From positions 1-41,617 of the forward strand of contig JAFGVM010000053.1 in NCBI GenBank assembly GCA_016937995.1: a stretch of DNA of 41,617 nucleotides, in the 5' to 3' direction. Below are positions 9,776 to 17,555 of the stretch, one piece after another. Both the position numbers and the translations under genes were made by a program. Origin of the DNA: Candidatus Delongbacteria bacterium. Its GTDB lineage: Bacteria > UBA4055. Within the stretch, counting starts at the first letter, position 1; each line of letters starts with the position of its first letter. Below the pieces are notes generated by a model that was given only the letters and a program-made list of their open reading frames with translations, made no database searches and had not been told where the DNA came from.

Positions 9776-11214
9776 TGATATTAGAAGCTTGGCGACCCGA
9801 CACTAATCAAAGGGCAAAACAAAAACCTGAAGCCTTTAATATAAGTCGAGATAATGTAGATATATATTCATTATTATCTGACAACAAAGCAACTGACAAG
9901 GCAACGGCTGAAGCATGGCTTAAATGGATAAACTCAGAGTATGTTTATAATTATAGAACAGATCATTGGTATAAGTGGAATGGTAAATTTTGGGAACTCG
10001 ATCAGGTCGAAGAACATAAAGCTTCCTTGCTTGACTTTGCTAAGGATTTAAAGATCAGGGCAATGGAAGAACCGGAAAGGGACAGACAGAATCGAATTAT
10101 TAAGATTGCTATTGATCTTGAGAATGCAAAGACTTGGAAGGGACATTTTGAAGCTTCAGCAGTTCTAAATAATAGAATAGGTTTTAATCTTAACAGCGAT
10201 CTAATAAATTTACAGAACGGAACTTTTGACATTAAGAAAATGCAGTTCAAACAGCACTGCAAAGAAGAATATTTTAACTATTCCCTTCCCTTTGACTATT
10301 TGCCTGAAAAATCCTGTCCGACATGGATAAGCTTTTTAAATGATATATTTTTAGATAACAGTGATCTTATACATTATATAAATAAGGCAGTTGGTTATTC
10401 CCTGACTGCTGAAGTTCAAGAGCAATGTTTGTTTTTTTTATACGGAAGTGGACAAAATGGAAAATCTGTTTTCATTGAAACTTTGCTTCATATCTTTGGG
10501 GACTTTGGTATAAAAATACCTTTGACGGCTTTGTTATACAATAAGAACAATAATGAATCTTCACAACGCGAAATAATACGATTGAAAAACAAGCGGTTTA
10601 CAGTAGCTAATGAAACTGAAGAAAACGGACACCTTTCAGAAAGCATAATCAAAGACTTGACCGGTGGGGACACTTTGACAGGTCGGGAACTATACGAAAA
10701 AACGGCAGAGTTTAAAGCTACTCACAAGCTATGGATTTACGGCAATCATAAACCTATGATAAAAGGTTCTGATCTTGGTATTTGGCGAAGAATTAAGCTT
10801 ATTCCCTTCCTTTATACTGTTCCTAAAGATAAGATTGACAGGGAACTTCAAAGCAAACTGAAGAATGAACTTTCAGGCATATTCAATTGGATTTTAGAGG
10901 GTTTAAAACTATGGAAGAAAGAAGGTCTTGAACCTATTCCTGAAGAAATAACCAACGCAACGGCTGAATATAAAAACGAAATGGATATTATACAGCAATT
11001 TATAACTGATTGTTGCAACATTGCTGAAGGTCTTGAATGTAATTCTAAGGATTTATATAAGAGTTTTACAAATTGGTTAGAAGAAAGCGGAATAAAATCC
11101 CGTATTTCTAAAAATATGCTTACTAAAAAGTTAGCTGAAAAGGATTTCGACAATTACAGGGGCGGGAAGAATGTTTTGTTTTGGCTTAATATAGGATTAA
11201 AGAATGATTTATAA
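9775..11214 (+). CDS. P4-family phage/plasmid D5-like SF3 helicase (D5_N + helicase + C-terminal wHTH)
   Basis: WYKWNGKFW and INLQNGTFD (D5_N), Walker A GSGQNGKS, Walker B VANE, IKDLTGGD, motif C IYGN, GIWRRI. No N-terminal primase domain is visible. Confidence 0.92.
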   Translation: MILEAWRPDTNQRAKQKPEAFNISRDNVDIYSLLSDNKATDKATAEAWLKWINSEYVYNYRTDHWYKWNGKFWELDQVEEHKASLLDFAKDLKIRAMEEPERDRQNRIIKIAIDLENAKTWKGHFEASAVLNNRIGFNLNSDLINLQNGTFDIKKMQFKQHCKEEYFNYSLPFDYLPEKSCPTWISFLNDIFLDNSDLIHYINKAVGYSLTAEVQEQCLFFLYGSGQNGKSVFIETLLHIFGDFGIKIPLTALLYNKNNNESSQREIIRLKNKRFTVANETEENGHLSESIIKDLTGGDTLTGRELYEKTAEFKATHKLWIYGNHKPMIKGSDLGIWRRIKLIPFLYTVPKDKIDRELQSKLKNELSGIFNWILEGLKLWKKEGLEPIPEEITNATAEYKNEMDIIQQFITDCCNIAEGLECNSKDLYKSFTNWLEESGIKSRISKNMLTKKLAEKDFDNYRGGKNVLFWLNIGLKNDL

Positions 11215-11327
11215 AGTTAAAAGGTTAAAAAACTTATCAAAATACGGAAAGTCTTCTTATATGTTATCTTTTTTGATTTTACCGTAAAAATACAAATATG
11301 TTAACATTATAACACTAAATAAAGAAG

Positions 11328-11750
11328 ATGATTATGAATAAAAAAAATGTACAAATGAACACTATAAGTAAATCACAGCTTGAAGATGCGATAAATTTCA
11401 ATTTAGGAATTAAAACATTGATCGCTAAAGAACTGAAGGTTTGTAGAAATACTTTAGACAAGTATATAAAAAAATATAATCTTACTGATTGTTTGGAAGA
11501 ACAAAAGGAAGATATTCGCGACCTTGTTCGGTTTAATATTGTCGAAGCTATAAGGCAAGGGGACATTAAAGTTTCTCAATGGTATGCAGAAAGACAAATG
11601 TTTGAAGAATACGGCAATAAACAGCATATAGAAACCAATTTAAAGCTAAGTGAAAAACATAAAAAAATTATTGAAGAAAGCGAAAGAGCTGAACAAATGA
11701 CAGATGAAGAATTACAAGCTGAAATTGACAGAATGCAACAAGTATTATGA
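11328..11750 (+). CDS. HTH protein resembling a terminase small subunit (TerS-like #1)
   Basis: HTH IAKELKVCRNTLDKYIKK, then GDIKVSQWYAER...YGNKQHIE and a C-terminal MTDEEL motif; similar to the 12939 protein. Confidence 0.6.
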   Translation: MIMNKKNVQMNTISKSQLEDAINFNLGIKTLIAKELKVCRNTLDKYIKKYNLTDCLEEQKEDIRDLVRFNIVEAIRQGDIKVSQWYAERQMFEEYGNKQHIETNLKLSEKHKKIIEESERAEQMTDEELQAEIDRMQQVL

Positions 11751-12928
11751 TAGATATTGAAGCAATCAAATATAATAGTTCTTTATCGACAATATACGAA
11801 AGTATAACAGGGAACTCATTAAGGCAATCCGGTGGCAAGTTGTCGGGACTTTGTCCCTTTCATTCAGATAATAGGTCAGGGAACTTTTTTATATATCCTG
11901 ATAATACATATCATTGCTTTGCTTGTAACGAACACGGCGATATAATATCATTCATTGAAAAGACCCTTAATATATCATTCAAGGAAGCAGTTCAATATCT
12001 TGGCGGGGACATTACAACTAAAACAGTAAGAACGCGAAAGAAAGCACTTTACAAGCGAAAGGAAGCACCTGAAATATTAACAGATAAGACAAAAGAAATA
12101 TATCAGTTCTTTTTTTCTTCCTTGTCCATGACTTCAGAAGGATATAAATATTTGAAAGGTCGAGGGTTTAAAGATCAGATCATAAAAGAATTAAAAATCA
12201 AAAGCATTAAAGACCCGAATATGATAAGTGAAAAACTAAAGAATAATTTCAGCATTGAAGAATTAACAAGGTCGGGACTGTTTGACTTTGGGAAGAATAA
12301 AGAAGCATATTTTATATTTTATATTCCTTGCCTGATCTTTACAGCATTTGAAAACAAGAAACCTGTTTATTTTACAAGTCGGAACTTTGACAAGAAAAGG
12401 CGGTTCTTCAAATTACATAACAGAAAGCAGGATTATTTTAAGGGCGATCTTAATAAGAAAGAATTATATATATTTGAAGCGATTCTTGACGGACTTTCTT
12501 TTTATCAATTGACAGGCTTAAGCAATTTTATAATATTGTCAGGTTTAAATTATCGAATGTATGAAAAGATATTGAAAGAATATCCTGATAAAAGAATTAT
12601 TGTAGCTTTTGACAATGACAAGGCAGGGAAGAAAGCAGAAAATGACATATATATTCATTGTAAGACAAGACCTGAATGCTTTGATTATTTAGCATTGAAG
12701 AAAGCCAACGAAATAAATTATTCAGATTTTAAAGATATGAATGATCTTCTTAAACTTTATGAACTAAAGAAAGGGAGCATTGAAGTAATTAAATCAATTA
12801 TCAATGATCTGTCTGATCTTGACAGGGAACTCTTTGAAGAAAGGGCGGGAATTATGGAATATGAAGGCAATCAGACCCGACCTGAAGCAGAATGCAATGC
12901 ACTAATAAATATTTTAAATGAAATATAA
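11747..12928 (+). CDS. DnaG-like primase (CHC2 zinc finger + Toprim)
   Basis: CPFH-x17-CFAC zinc finger, YLKGRG, IFEAILD and AFDNDKAG Toprim motifs, KDMND; ATGA overlap with the previous gene. Confidence 0.88.
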   Translation: MIDIEAIKYNSSLSTIYESITGNSLRQSGGKLSGLCPFHSDNRSGNFFIYPDNTYHCFACNEHGDIISFIEKTLNISFKEAVQYLGGDITTKTVRTRKKALYKRKEAPEILTDKTKEIYQFFFSSLSMTSEGYKYLKGRGFKDQIIKELKIKSIKDPNMISEKLKNNFSIEELTRSGLFDFGKNKEAYFIFYIPCLIFTAFENKKPVYFTSRNFDKKRRFFKLHNRKQDYFKGDLNKKELYIFEAILDGLSFYQLTGLSNFIILSGLNYRMYEKILKEYPDKRIIVAFDNDKAGKKAENDIYIHCKTRPECFDYLALKKANEINYSDFKDMNDLLKLYELKKGSIEVIKSIINDLSDLDRELFEERAGIMEYEGNQTRPEAECNALINILNEI

Positions 12929-12938
12929 GGATAAAATT

Positions 12939-13340
12939 ATGAAGAAAGAACAGAAGGACAATTCAACTAAATTGAACAAATTATCACAAAAAAAGAAAGC
13001 ATTCATTCAGGTATTTGCAGGAACTTACGGCAATATTACAAAGACAGCTGAAGCAGTCGGAATTGATCGCGGGACATATTACAATTGGATAAAATCAGAT
13101 CTGGAATTCAAACAGGCTATAGAAGAAGTCGAGCCGGAAGAAATGCTTATTGATATAGTGGAAAGTCAACTTCTTGAAAAGATTAAGTCAGGCGATATAA
13201 CAGCGATTATATTCTTTCTGAAGACTAAGGGACAAAAACGCGGTTATACAGAAAAACAGCATATTGTACAAGAAGAAAAGAAAGGACTGACTATAATTGT
13301 TGAAAGTGAAGAACAGAAACGAATGATTGAAAAGATATAA
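12939..13340 (+). CDS. HTH protein resembling a terminase small subunit (TerS-like #2)
   Basis: KKKAFI...GNITKTAEAVGIDRGTYYNWIKSDLEF...ESQL...GDITAIIFFLKTKGQKRGYTEKQ, a pattern typical of phage TerS/phBC6A51-like HTH proteins. Start placed at the ATG after the AAGGA RBS (ORF track starts at 12918). Confidence 0.7.
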   Translation: MKKEQKDNSTKLNKLSQKKKAFIQVFAGTYGNITKTAEAVGIDRGTYYNWIKSDLEFKQAIEEVEPEEMLIDIVESQLLEKIKSGDITAIIFFLKTKGQKRGYTEKQHIVQEEKKGLTIIVESEEQKRMIEKI

Positions 13341-13346
13341 TATAAT

Positions 13347-13375
13347 TTGACATTGCTTAATAATTATGACATATT
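13347..13375 (+). promoter_or_regulatory. sigma70-type promoter for the cargo lipoprotein
   Basis: TTGACA (13347-13352), 17 bp spacer, CATATT (13370-13375) with a TG extension. Confidence 0.6.
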
Positions 13376-13406
13376 AAGAAAAAAATATATTCGATTGGAG
13401 TTAAAA

Positions 13407-13946
13407 ATGAAAAGATTATCTTTAATTTTGTTAATACTAAGTTTTTTAGTTATTGTTTTCAATGGCTGTGCTACAATACCTTCAGGTTATAAACCAATGA
13501 CAAATAAGGAAGGTGAGCAGTTATATATTGTACAAGATAAATTTAATGATGTCAGTTTCATTAGGCATAAATATTTTTTTGGAATATTTGCAAAGACACC
13601 AATTGAAATTTATGAAATTGAAAATAGAGCTTTAAGAATAGTTTTTAAATATGTTGGTAGTGATTGGATATTTTTTACAAAAGCTATAATACTAGGCAGT
13701 CAAGGCGATAAAATCGAGTTCAATTTTAAATCTTATGATAAAAAAACTGATGTCGATAAAAATGTATATGAATCGATAGATTTACTTTTGACAGATTCTG
13801 AAGTGAATAAAATATTAAGTATTTTATCTGAAAGTGGTATTAAAAAAGTTAGACTTTCAGGGAAGTACTACAAAGATTACGAATTAAATAATAATAAAGT
13901 TGTAGCTTTAATTGAAATCATAAAGCATTATTTAAAAAATAAGTAA
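13407..13946 (+). CDS. Lipoprotein of unknown function (element cargo)
   Basis: GGAG RBS before ATG 13407; signal peptide II MKRLSLILLILSFLVIVFNG-C; has its own promoter and terminator. Confidence 0.8.
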   Translation: MKRLSLILLILSFLVIVFNGCATIPSGYKPMTNKEGEQLYIVQDKFNDVSFIRHKYFFGIFAKTPIEIYEIENRALRIVFKYVGSDWIFFTKAIILGSQGDKIEFNFKSYDKKTDVDKNVYESIDLLLTDSEVNKILSILSESGIKKVRLSGKYYKDYELNNNKVVALIEIIKHYLKNK

Positions 13947-13967
13947 TATGAAATATATAAAACATAT

Positions 13968-13995
13968 AAAAGGGCTAAAATTAAGCCCTTTTTTT
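13968..13995 (+). terminator. Rho-independent terminator (possibly bidirectional)
   Basis: AAAAGGGCT-AAAATTA-AGCCCTTTTTTT. Confidence 0.85.
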
Positions 13996-13999
13996 ATTG

Positions 14000-14021
14000 A
14001 TTTGTTTCTATATTGTTGTAA
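14000..14021 (+). repeat. Putative integrase arm-type site (right)
   Basis: ATTTGTTTCTATATTGTTGTAA; direct repeat of 7157-7178, with an extra TGTTGTAAAT at 14037-14046. Confidence 0.6.
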
Positions 14022-14068
14022 GCACGTAAATATAAATGTTGTAAATCATTATTAATAAGTAATATAGA

Positions 14069-14098
14069 TCATATCAAATAATTCCTTAGCATAAAATT
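14069..14098 (-). repeat. Right att site, forming the restored 3' end of the target gene
   Basis: Minus strand reads AAT TTT ATG CTA AGG AAT TAT TTG ATA TGA (NFMLRNYLI*). Confidence 0.9.
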
Positions 14099-14530
14099 CG
14101 AATTCTGGATCCTTTCATACAGAGAAGCATATAATTTCTTAAGGATATTGTAACCGGCTTCATTATTATTTTCGAATAATGTTGTAAGTTTATTTCCGTC
14201 AATTCTTAGGATCTGTCCTTCAGTGATAGCTTTCGCAGATGCACTTCTTCTCTTTTTGATGATACAAGACATCTCACCAAAGTTGTCGCCCGGATTGATA
14301 GTATAAATAGTTTTATTCTCTTCAAGATCATCAGCAAAGAATTTAGAAGATACATAGATCTGAACTCTTCCTGAAACAACTATGAAAAGATCATAATCTG
14401 TCTCATCATCCTCTTTTAAAAGAACCTGGCCGGGAACAATAGATTCAACGCTGGTGAAAGCACTGATCTGCTTTAAAAGATTTTCTTTACAGTCTTTAAA
14501 TATATCCGCTTTCTTCAGAAGATCTACCAT
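14069..14530 (-). CDS. Stand-alone cyclic nucleotide-binding domain protein (integration target)
   Basis: LFIVVSGRV, GDNFGEMS and RRSASAKA cNMP-binding motifs; no Crp HTH; GGAG RBS before ATG 14530. Confidence 0.88.
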   Translation of the reverse strand: MVDLLKKADIFKDCKENLLKQISAFTSVESIVPGQVLLKEDDETDYDLFIVVSGRVQIYVSSKFFADDLEENKTIYTINPGDNFGEMSCIIKKRRSASAKAITEGQILRIDGNKLTTLFENNNEAGYNILKKLYASLYERIQNSNFMLRNYLI

Positions 14531-14636
14531 AATATACTCCAAATTGTCTAAAATATTTCCCTGTGAAACAATAATTTAACTCAAGATGGTTCTTAGTGCA
14601 ACGAAAATTAATAATAAAAAAAGATAAAAATTTTAT

Positions 14637-14743
14637 TTCTCACGGAGACACTAAGTCACGGAGGTATTGTTTATCAGATATAAAAAGGACGCATTCCTGC
14701 GTCCCGTACATAAACTCTTTGTGATCTCTGTGCCTCTTTGAGA
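14637..14743. repeat. Imperfect long inverted repeat (CACGGAG/CACAGAG units) enclosing a REP-like palindrome
   Basis: Left arm TCTCACGGAGACACTAAGTCACGGAG; right arm reverse complement TCTCAAAGAGGCACAGAGATCACAAAGAG; REP-like GTACGGGACGCA-GGAA-TGCGTCC on the minus strand at 14686-14709. Confidence 0.55.
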
Positions 14744-14751
14744 TGATAAAT

Positions 14752-15150
14752 CTATACTTGGATCAACTCTGTCAGCACACCACCGGTTGATTTTGGATGT
14801 ATGAAAGCGATCTTATGACCACCTGCTCCAATTCTTGGAGTTTCATCTATAAGTCTGTAACCTTTTTCTTTAAGAACGGCTAAAGCTTTTTCAACATCTT
14901 CAACTTCGTAAGCAACATGATGTAACCCTTCCCTATTATTCTCAAGGTATTTTGATATCGGAGAATTTTCAGTTCTACCCTGAAGTAATTCGATCTGACT
15001 TTCACCGACTTTAAACATTGCAACATCAACATCCTGACCTTCAACGTATTCAGTTTTATAGTCAGTGATATTTGTAATACCAACGTATTTCTCTGCAGCT
15101 TCTTTAAGGTTCTTTACTGCGATACCGATATGATTGATCTTTTTTAACAT
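14752..15150 (-). CDS. mce: Methylmalonyl-CoA epimerase
   Basis: INHIGIAV, QIELL, GLHHVAYEV and GAGGHKIAFIHPKSTGGVLTEL motifs. Confidence 0.93.
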   Translation of the reverse strand: MLKKINHIGIAVKNLKEAAEKYVGITNITDYKTEYVEGQDVDVAMFKVGESQIELLQGRTENSPISKYLENNREGLHHVAYEVEDVEKALAVLKEKGYRLIDETPRIGAGGHKIAFIHPKSTGGVLTELIQV

Positions 15151-15187
15151 GACTTAATTCCTTTGTTATTTATTTCGTTTTTTTAAG

Positions 15188-15214
15188 AGGGGACAACTGT
15201 TAGGTGTCCCCTAC
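15188..15214 (-). repeat. REP-like palindrome
   Basis: Minus strand GTAGGGGACA-CCTAACAGT-TGTCCCCT just after the asnS stop. Confidence 0.7.
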
Positions 15215-15225
15215 AAAATAATCCG

Positions 15226-16617
15226 TTAAAATTCTGCATTTTTTGGTGTTCTCGGGAAAGGGATCACGTCCCTAATGTTCTCAACACCTGTCATATACAT
15301 GACAGTTCTTTCGAATCCAAGACCGAATCCGCAATGCTTGTTCGTTCCGAATCTTCTCAGGTCTAAATACCACCAATACTCTTCTTTCTCAAGCCCCATA
15401 TCTTCTATCCTTTTTAAAAGAAGGTCGTATCTTTCCTCTCTCTGACTACCACCGATGATCTCACCAACACCCGGAACAAGAAGGTCCATAGCCGCAACTG
15501 TCTTGTTATCGTCGTTCATTCTCATGTAGAAAGCTTTGATATCCTTTGGATAATCAGTTACAAAGATAGGTTTACTGTATACTTCTTCAGTAAGATATCT
15601 TTCATGCTCTGTCTGAAGGTCTTTACCCCATTCAGGTTTGAATTCAAACTTTTTATCAGCTTTTTCGAGATGCTCGATAGCTTCAGTATATGTAATTCTT
15701 TCAAATTTTGAATCTCTGAGATTTGTTAATCTGTCCATAAGGGTCTTATCTACCCACTGGTTGAAAAAAGCCATCTCCTCAGGAGCATTTTCAAGCAGGT
15801 AGGAAATAATATATTTCATAAGATCTTCTGCCAGGTCCATATCATCGTTCAGATCAGAAAATGCCATTTCAGGTTCGACCATCCAGAATTCAGATGCATG
15901 AGTTTGAGTATAAGATTTCTCTGCTCTGAAAGTAGGGCCGAAAGTATATACATTTCTCAATGCTGCACAGAAGTTCTCAACTGCAAGCTGACCACTTACT
16001 GTTAGGTTCGTAGATTTACCGAAAAAATCTTTAGAATAATCAACTTCACCTTTATCAGTTCTAGGTAATTTTTCAGGGTCCAAAGTAGAAACTCTGAACA
16101 TCTCACCGGCTCCCTCAGCATCACTTGAAGTAATGATCGGAGTATGCACATAAACAAATCCGCTTTCGTTAAAAAATTTATGAATAGCATAAGCGATAAG
16201 GCTTCTGACCCTGAAAACAGCTGAAAATAAGTTTGTTCTAGGTCTTAAATGAGCAATTGTTCTTAAATATTCATTACCGTGTCTTTTTTTCTGAAGAGGA
16301 AAGTCAGGTTCACATAAGCCTGCAATTTCAATATTTGTCGCATGGATCTCGAACGGTTGTTTGTCTCCGGGAGATTCAACAAGTTTTCCATTGATTATAA
16401 GAGAAGATCCGATAGATATCTTGGCCAGTTCATTGAAATTATTCAAATTTTCATCAAAGACTATCTGTATATTTTTAAAGAAAGTTCCATCGTTAAGTTC
16501 AATGAAACCAAATGTTTTAGACGTTCGGGACGTTCTTACCCATCCGGAGATAAGGATATCGGAATCGATCAAGTCCTTACCTTCACGCCAGATCTTTTTG
16601 ATCGAAGTAGTTTTCAT
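15226..16617 (-). CDS. asnS: Asparagine--tRNA ligase
   Basis: GWVRT OB fold, [44 protein letters not shown] and GFGLGFER. Confidence 0.98.
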   Translation of the reverse strand: MKTTSIKKIWREGKDLIDSDILISGWVRTSRTSKTFGFIELNDGTFFKNIQIVFDENLNNFNELAKISIGSSLIINGKLVESPGDKQPFEIHATNIEIAGLCEPDFPLQKKRHGNEYLRTIAHLRPRTNLFSAVFRVRSLIAYAIHKFFNESGFVYVHTPIITSSDAEGAGEMFRVSTLDPEKLPRTDKGEVDYSKDFFGKSTNLTVSGQLAVENFCAALRNVYTFGPTFRAEKSYTQTHASEFWMVEPEMAFSDLNDDMDLAEDLMKYIISYLLENAPEEMAFFNQWVDKTLMDRLTNLRDSKFERITYTEAIEHLEKADKKFEFKPEWGKDLQTEHERYLTEEVYSKPIFVTDYPKDIKAFYMRMNDDNKTVAAMDLLVPGVGEIIGGSQREERYDLLLKRIEDMGLEKEEYWWYLDLRRFGTNKHCGFGLGFERTVMYMTGVENIRDVIPFPRTPKNAEF

Positions 16618-16644
16618 ACTTCCTCCCCTTTATGTTTTCATGTT

Positions 16645-16675
16645 AAAAAAAAAGTGTCCGTCCGGACACTTTTTT
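16645..16675 (-). terminator. Terminator-like hairpin between the 61-aa gene and asnS
   Basis: A9-GTGTCC-GTCC-GGACAC-T6; the minus strand carries a 9-U tract. Confidence 0.8.
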
Positions 16676-16861
16676 CTATTTTAGATACGAATCAAGTGTT
16701 TTGCTTGGACATTTGCAAACTTTGACCACATTATCATTAAATTTGTAATGCTTTTTGTCACCAATGAAAGGTTTGATGATCTTAATATGCTGGATCTGCT
16801 CGCCACACACAGAGCAAATACCTCTTGTTGCTTTCAAACCGTAGACTTGTTTCTTAGCCAT
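16676..16861 (-). CDS. Small basic Cys-rich protein, DUF4295/bL38-like
   Basis: AAGGAG RBS; MAKKQ start, CSVC...IKIIKP...HYKF...CKC; followed by a terminator. Confidence 0.7.
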   Translation of the reverse strand: MAKKQVYGLKATRGICSVCGEQIQHIKIIKPFIGDKKHYKFNDNVVKVCKCPSKTLDSYLK

Positions 16862-16882
16862 GATAGGCTCCTTTTATCTTAA

Positions 16883-17338
16883 TTAATAAATTGTAAATTC
16901 TTTTTCAGCAAGTTTTAGACTGTCCTGATATAACCTAACCAAGTAGGTTCCGTTACCCCAGTTTTGACTGATACCGGCTGAATACTCAAGATGCTTTTTT
17001 CCAACAGGAAGACTTAATGTTTTTTCTTCGGAACTCAAAAGTAAACTTTTACCGTCGTACCATTGTTCTTTAAGCAACAGGGTAGAATTCTTCATAGTTC
17101 TATTTTCAACAAGGAGCTCGTACCAGATATAATCCACAGCATTCTTATTGAATTTTGTGTTATATACACGGTACTGATTTTCAACTCCCTTTGAGTCGGC
17201 TGTGTAAAATCTCAATGAAACCAGACCGACCTTTTCTCTCAGACCATTTCCATCTTCTTTGGTGCCCACTGCTGAGGACACACAACCAAGTAACAGAAGA
17301 AACATGGCCAGGGATGTAATTACAGTCCTAAATTTCAT
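16883..17338 (-). CDS. Lipoprotein of unknown function
   Basis: Lipobox LLLG-C; C-terminal GTYLVRLY...EFTI suggests an Ig-like beta-sandwich. Confidence 0.75.
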   Translation of the reverse strand: MKFRTVITSLAMFLLLLGCVSSAVGTKEDGNGLREKVGLVSLRFYTADSKGVENQYRVYNTKFNKNAVDYIWYELLVENRTMKNSTLLLKEQWYDGKSLLLSSEEKTLSLPVGKKHLEYSAGISQNWGNGTYLVRLYQDSLKLAEKEFTIY

Positions 17339-17462
17339 AATTTACACCTACCTCGTCAAATAAGGCTTCAAATATAATAAAAGAGAAATAAAAAAACAAG
17401 TGAAATAAGAAATTTATTAGCGTTTATGTGGAAATAACGTCCTTTTTTTTTATAATATTATC

Positions 17463-17491
17463 TTGACTCACATAGACTTGTTACTTATCTT
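17463..17491 (+). promoter_or_regulatory. sigma70-type promoter for the AOR cluster
   Basis: TTGACT, 17 bp spacer, TATCTT. Confidence 0.55.
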
Positions 17492-17555
17492 TTTTTGCTG
17501 GGTTACGTATACAATTTAAAGATTAATTATTAGTATAAACACGGGAGTAAAAAAG

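Larger units (their letters stand above)
7042..14095 (+). mobile_element. ~7.04-kb integrated element, phage-satellite (PICI-like) candidate
   Basis: Bounded by a direct repeat core at 7042-7052 and 14085-14095. Contains integrase, Xis-like HTH, D5/SF3 helicase, CHC2-Toprim primase, two TerS-like genes and a lipoprotein, all on the + strand. Confidence 0.88.

Noticed and set aside
13347-13406. TTG-started N-terminal extension of the lipoprotein in the ORF track
   Set aside because: That TTG is part of the -35 box; the RBS and signal peptide point to ATG 13407.
7042-14095. Complete prophage or conjugative/mobilisable element
   Set aside because: No capsid, portal, large terminase, tail, lysis, relaxase or T4SS gene is recognisable, and both att ends are present only 7 kb apart.
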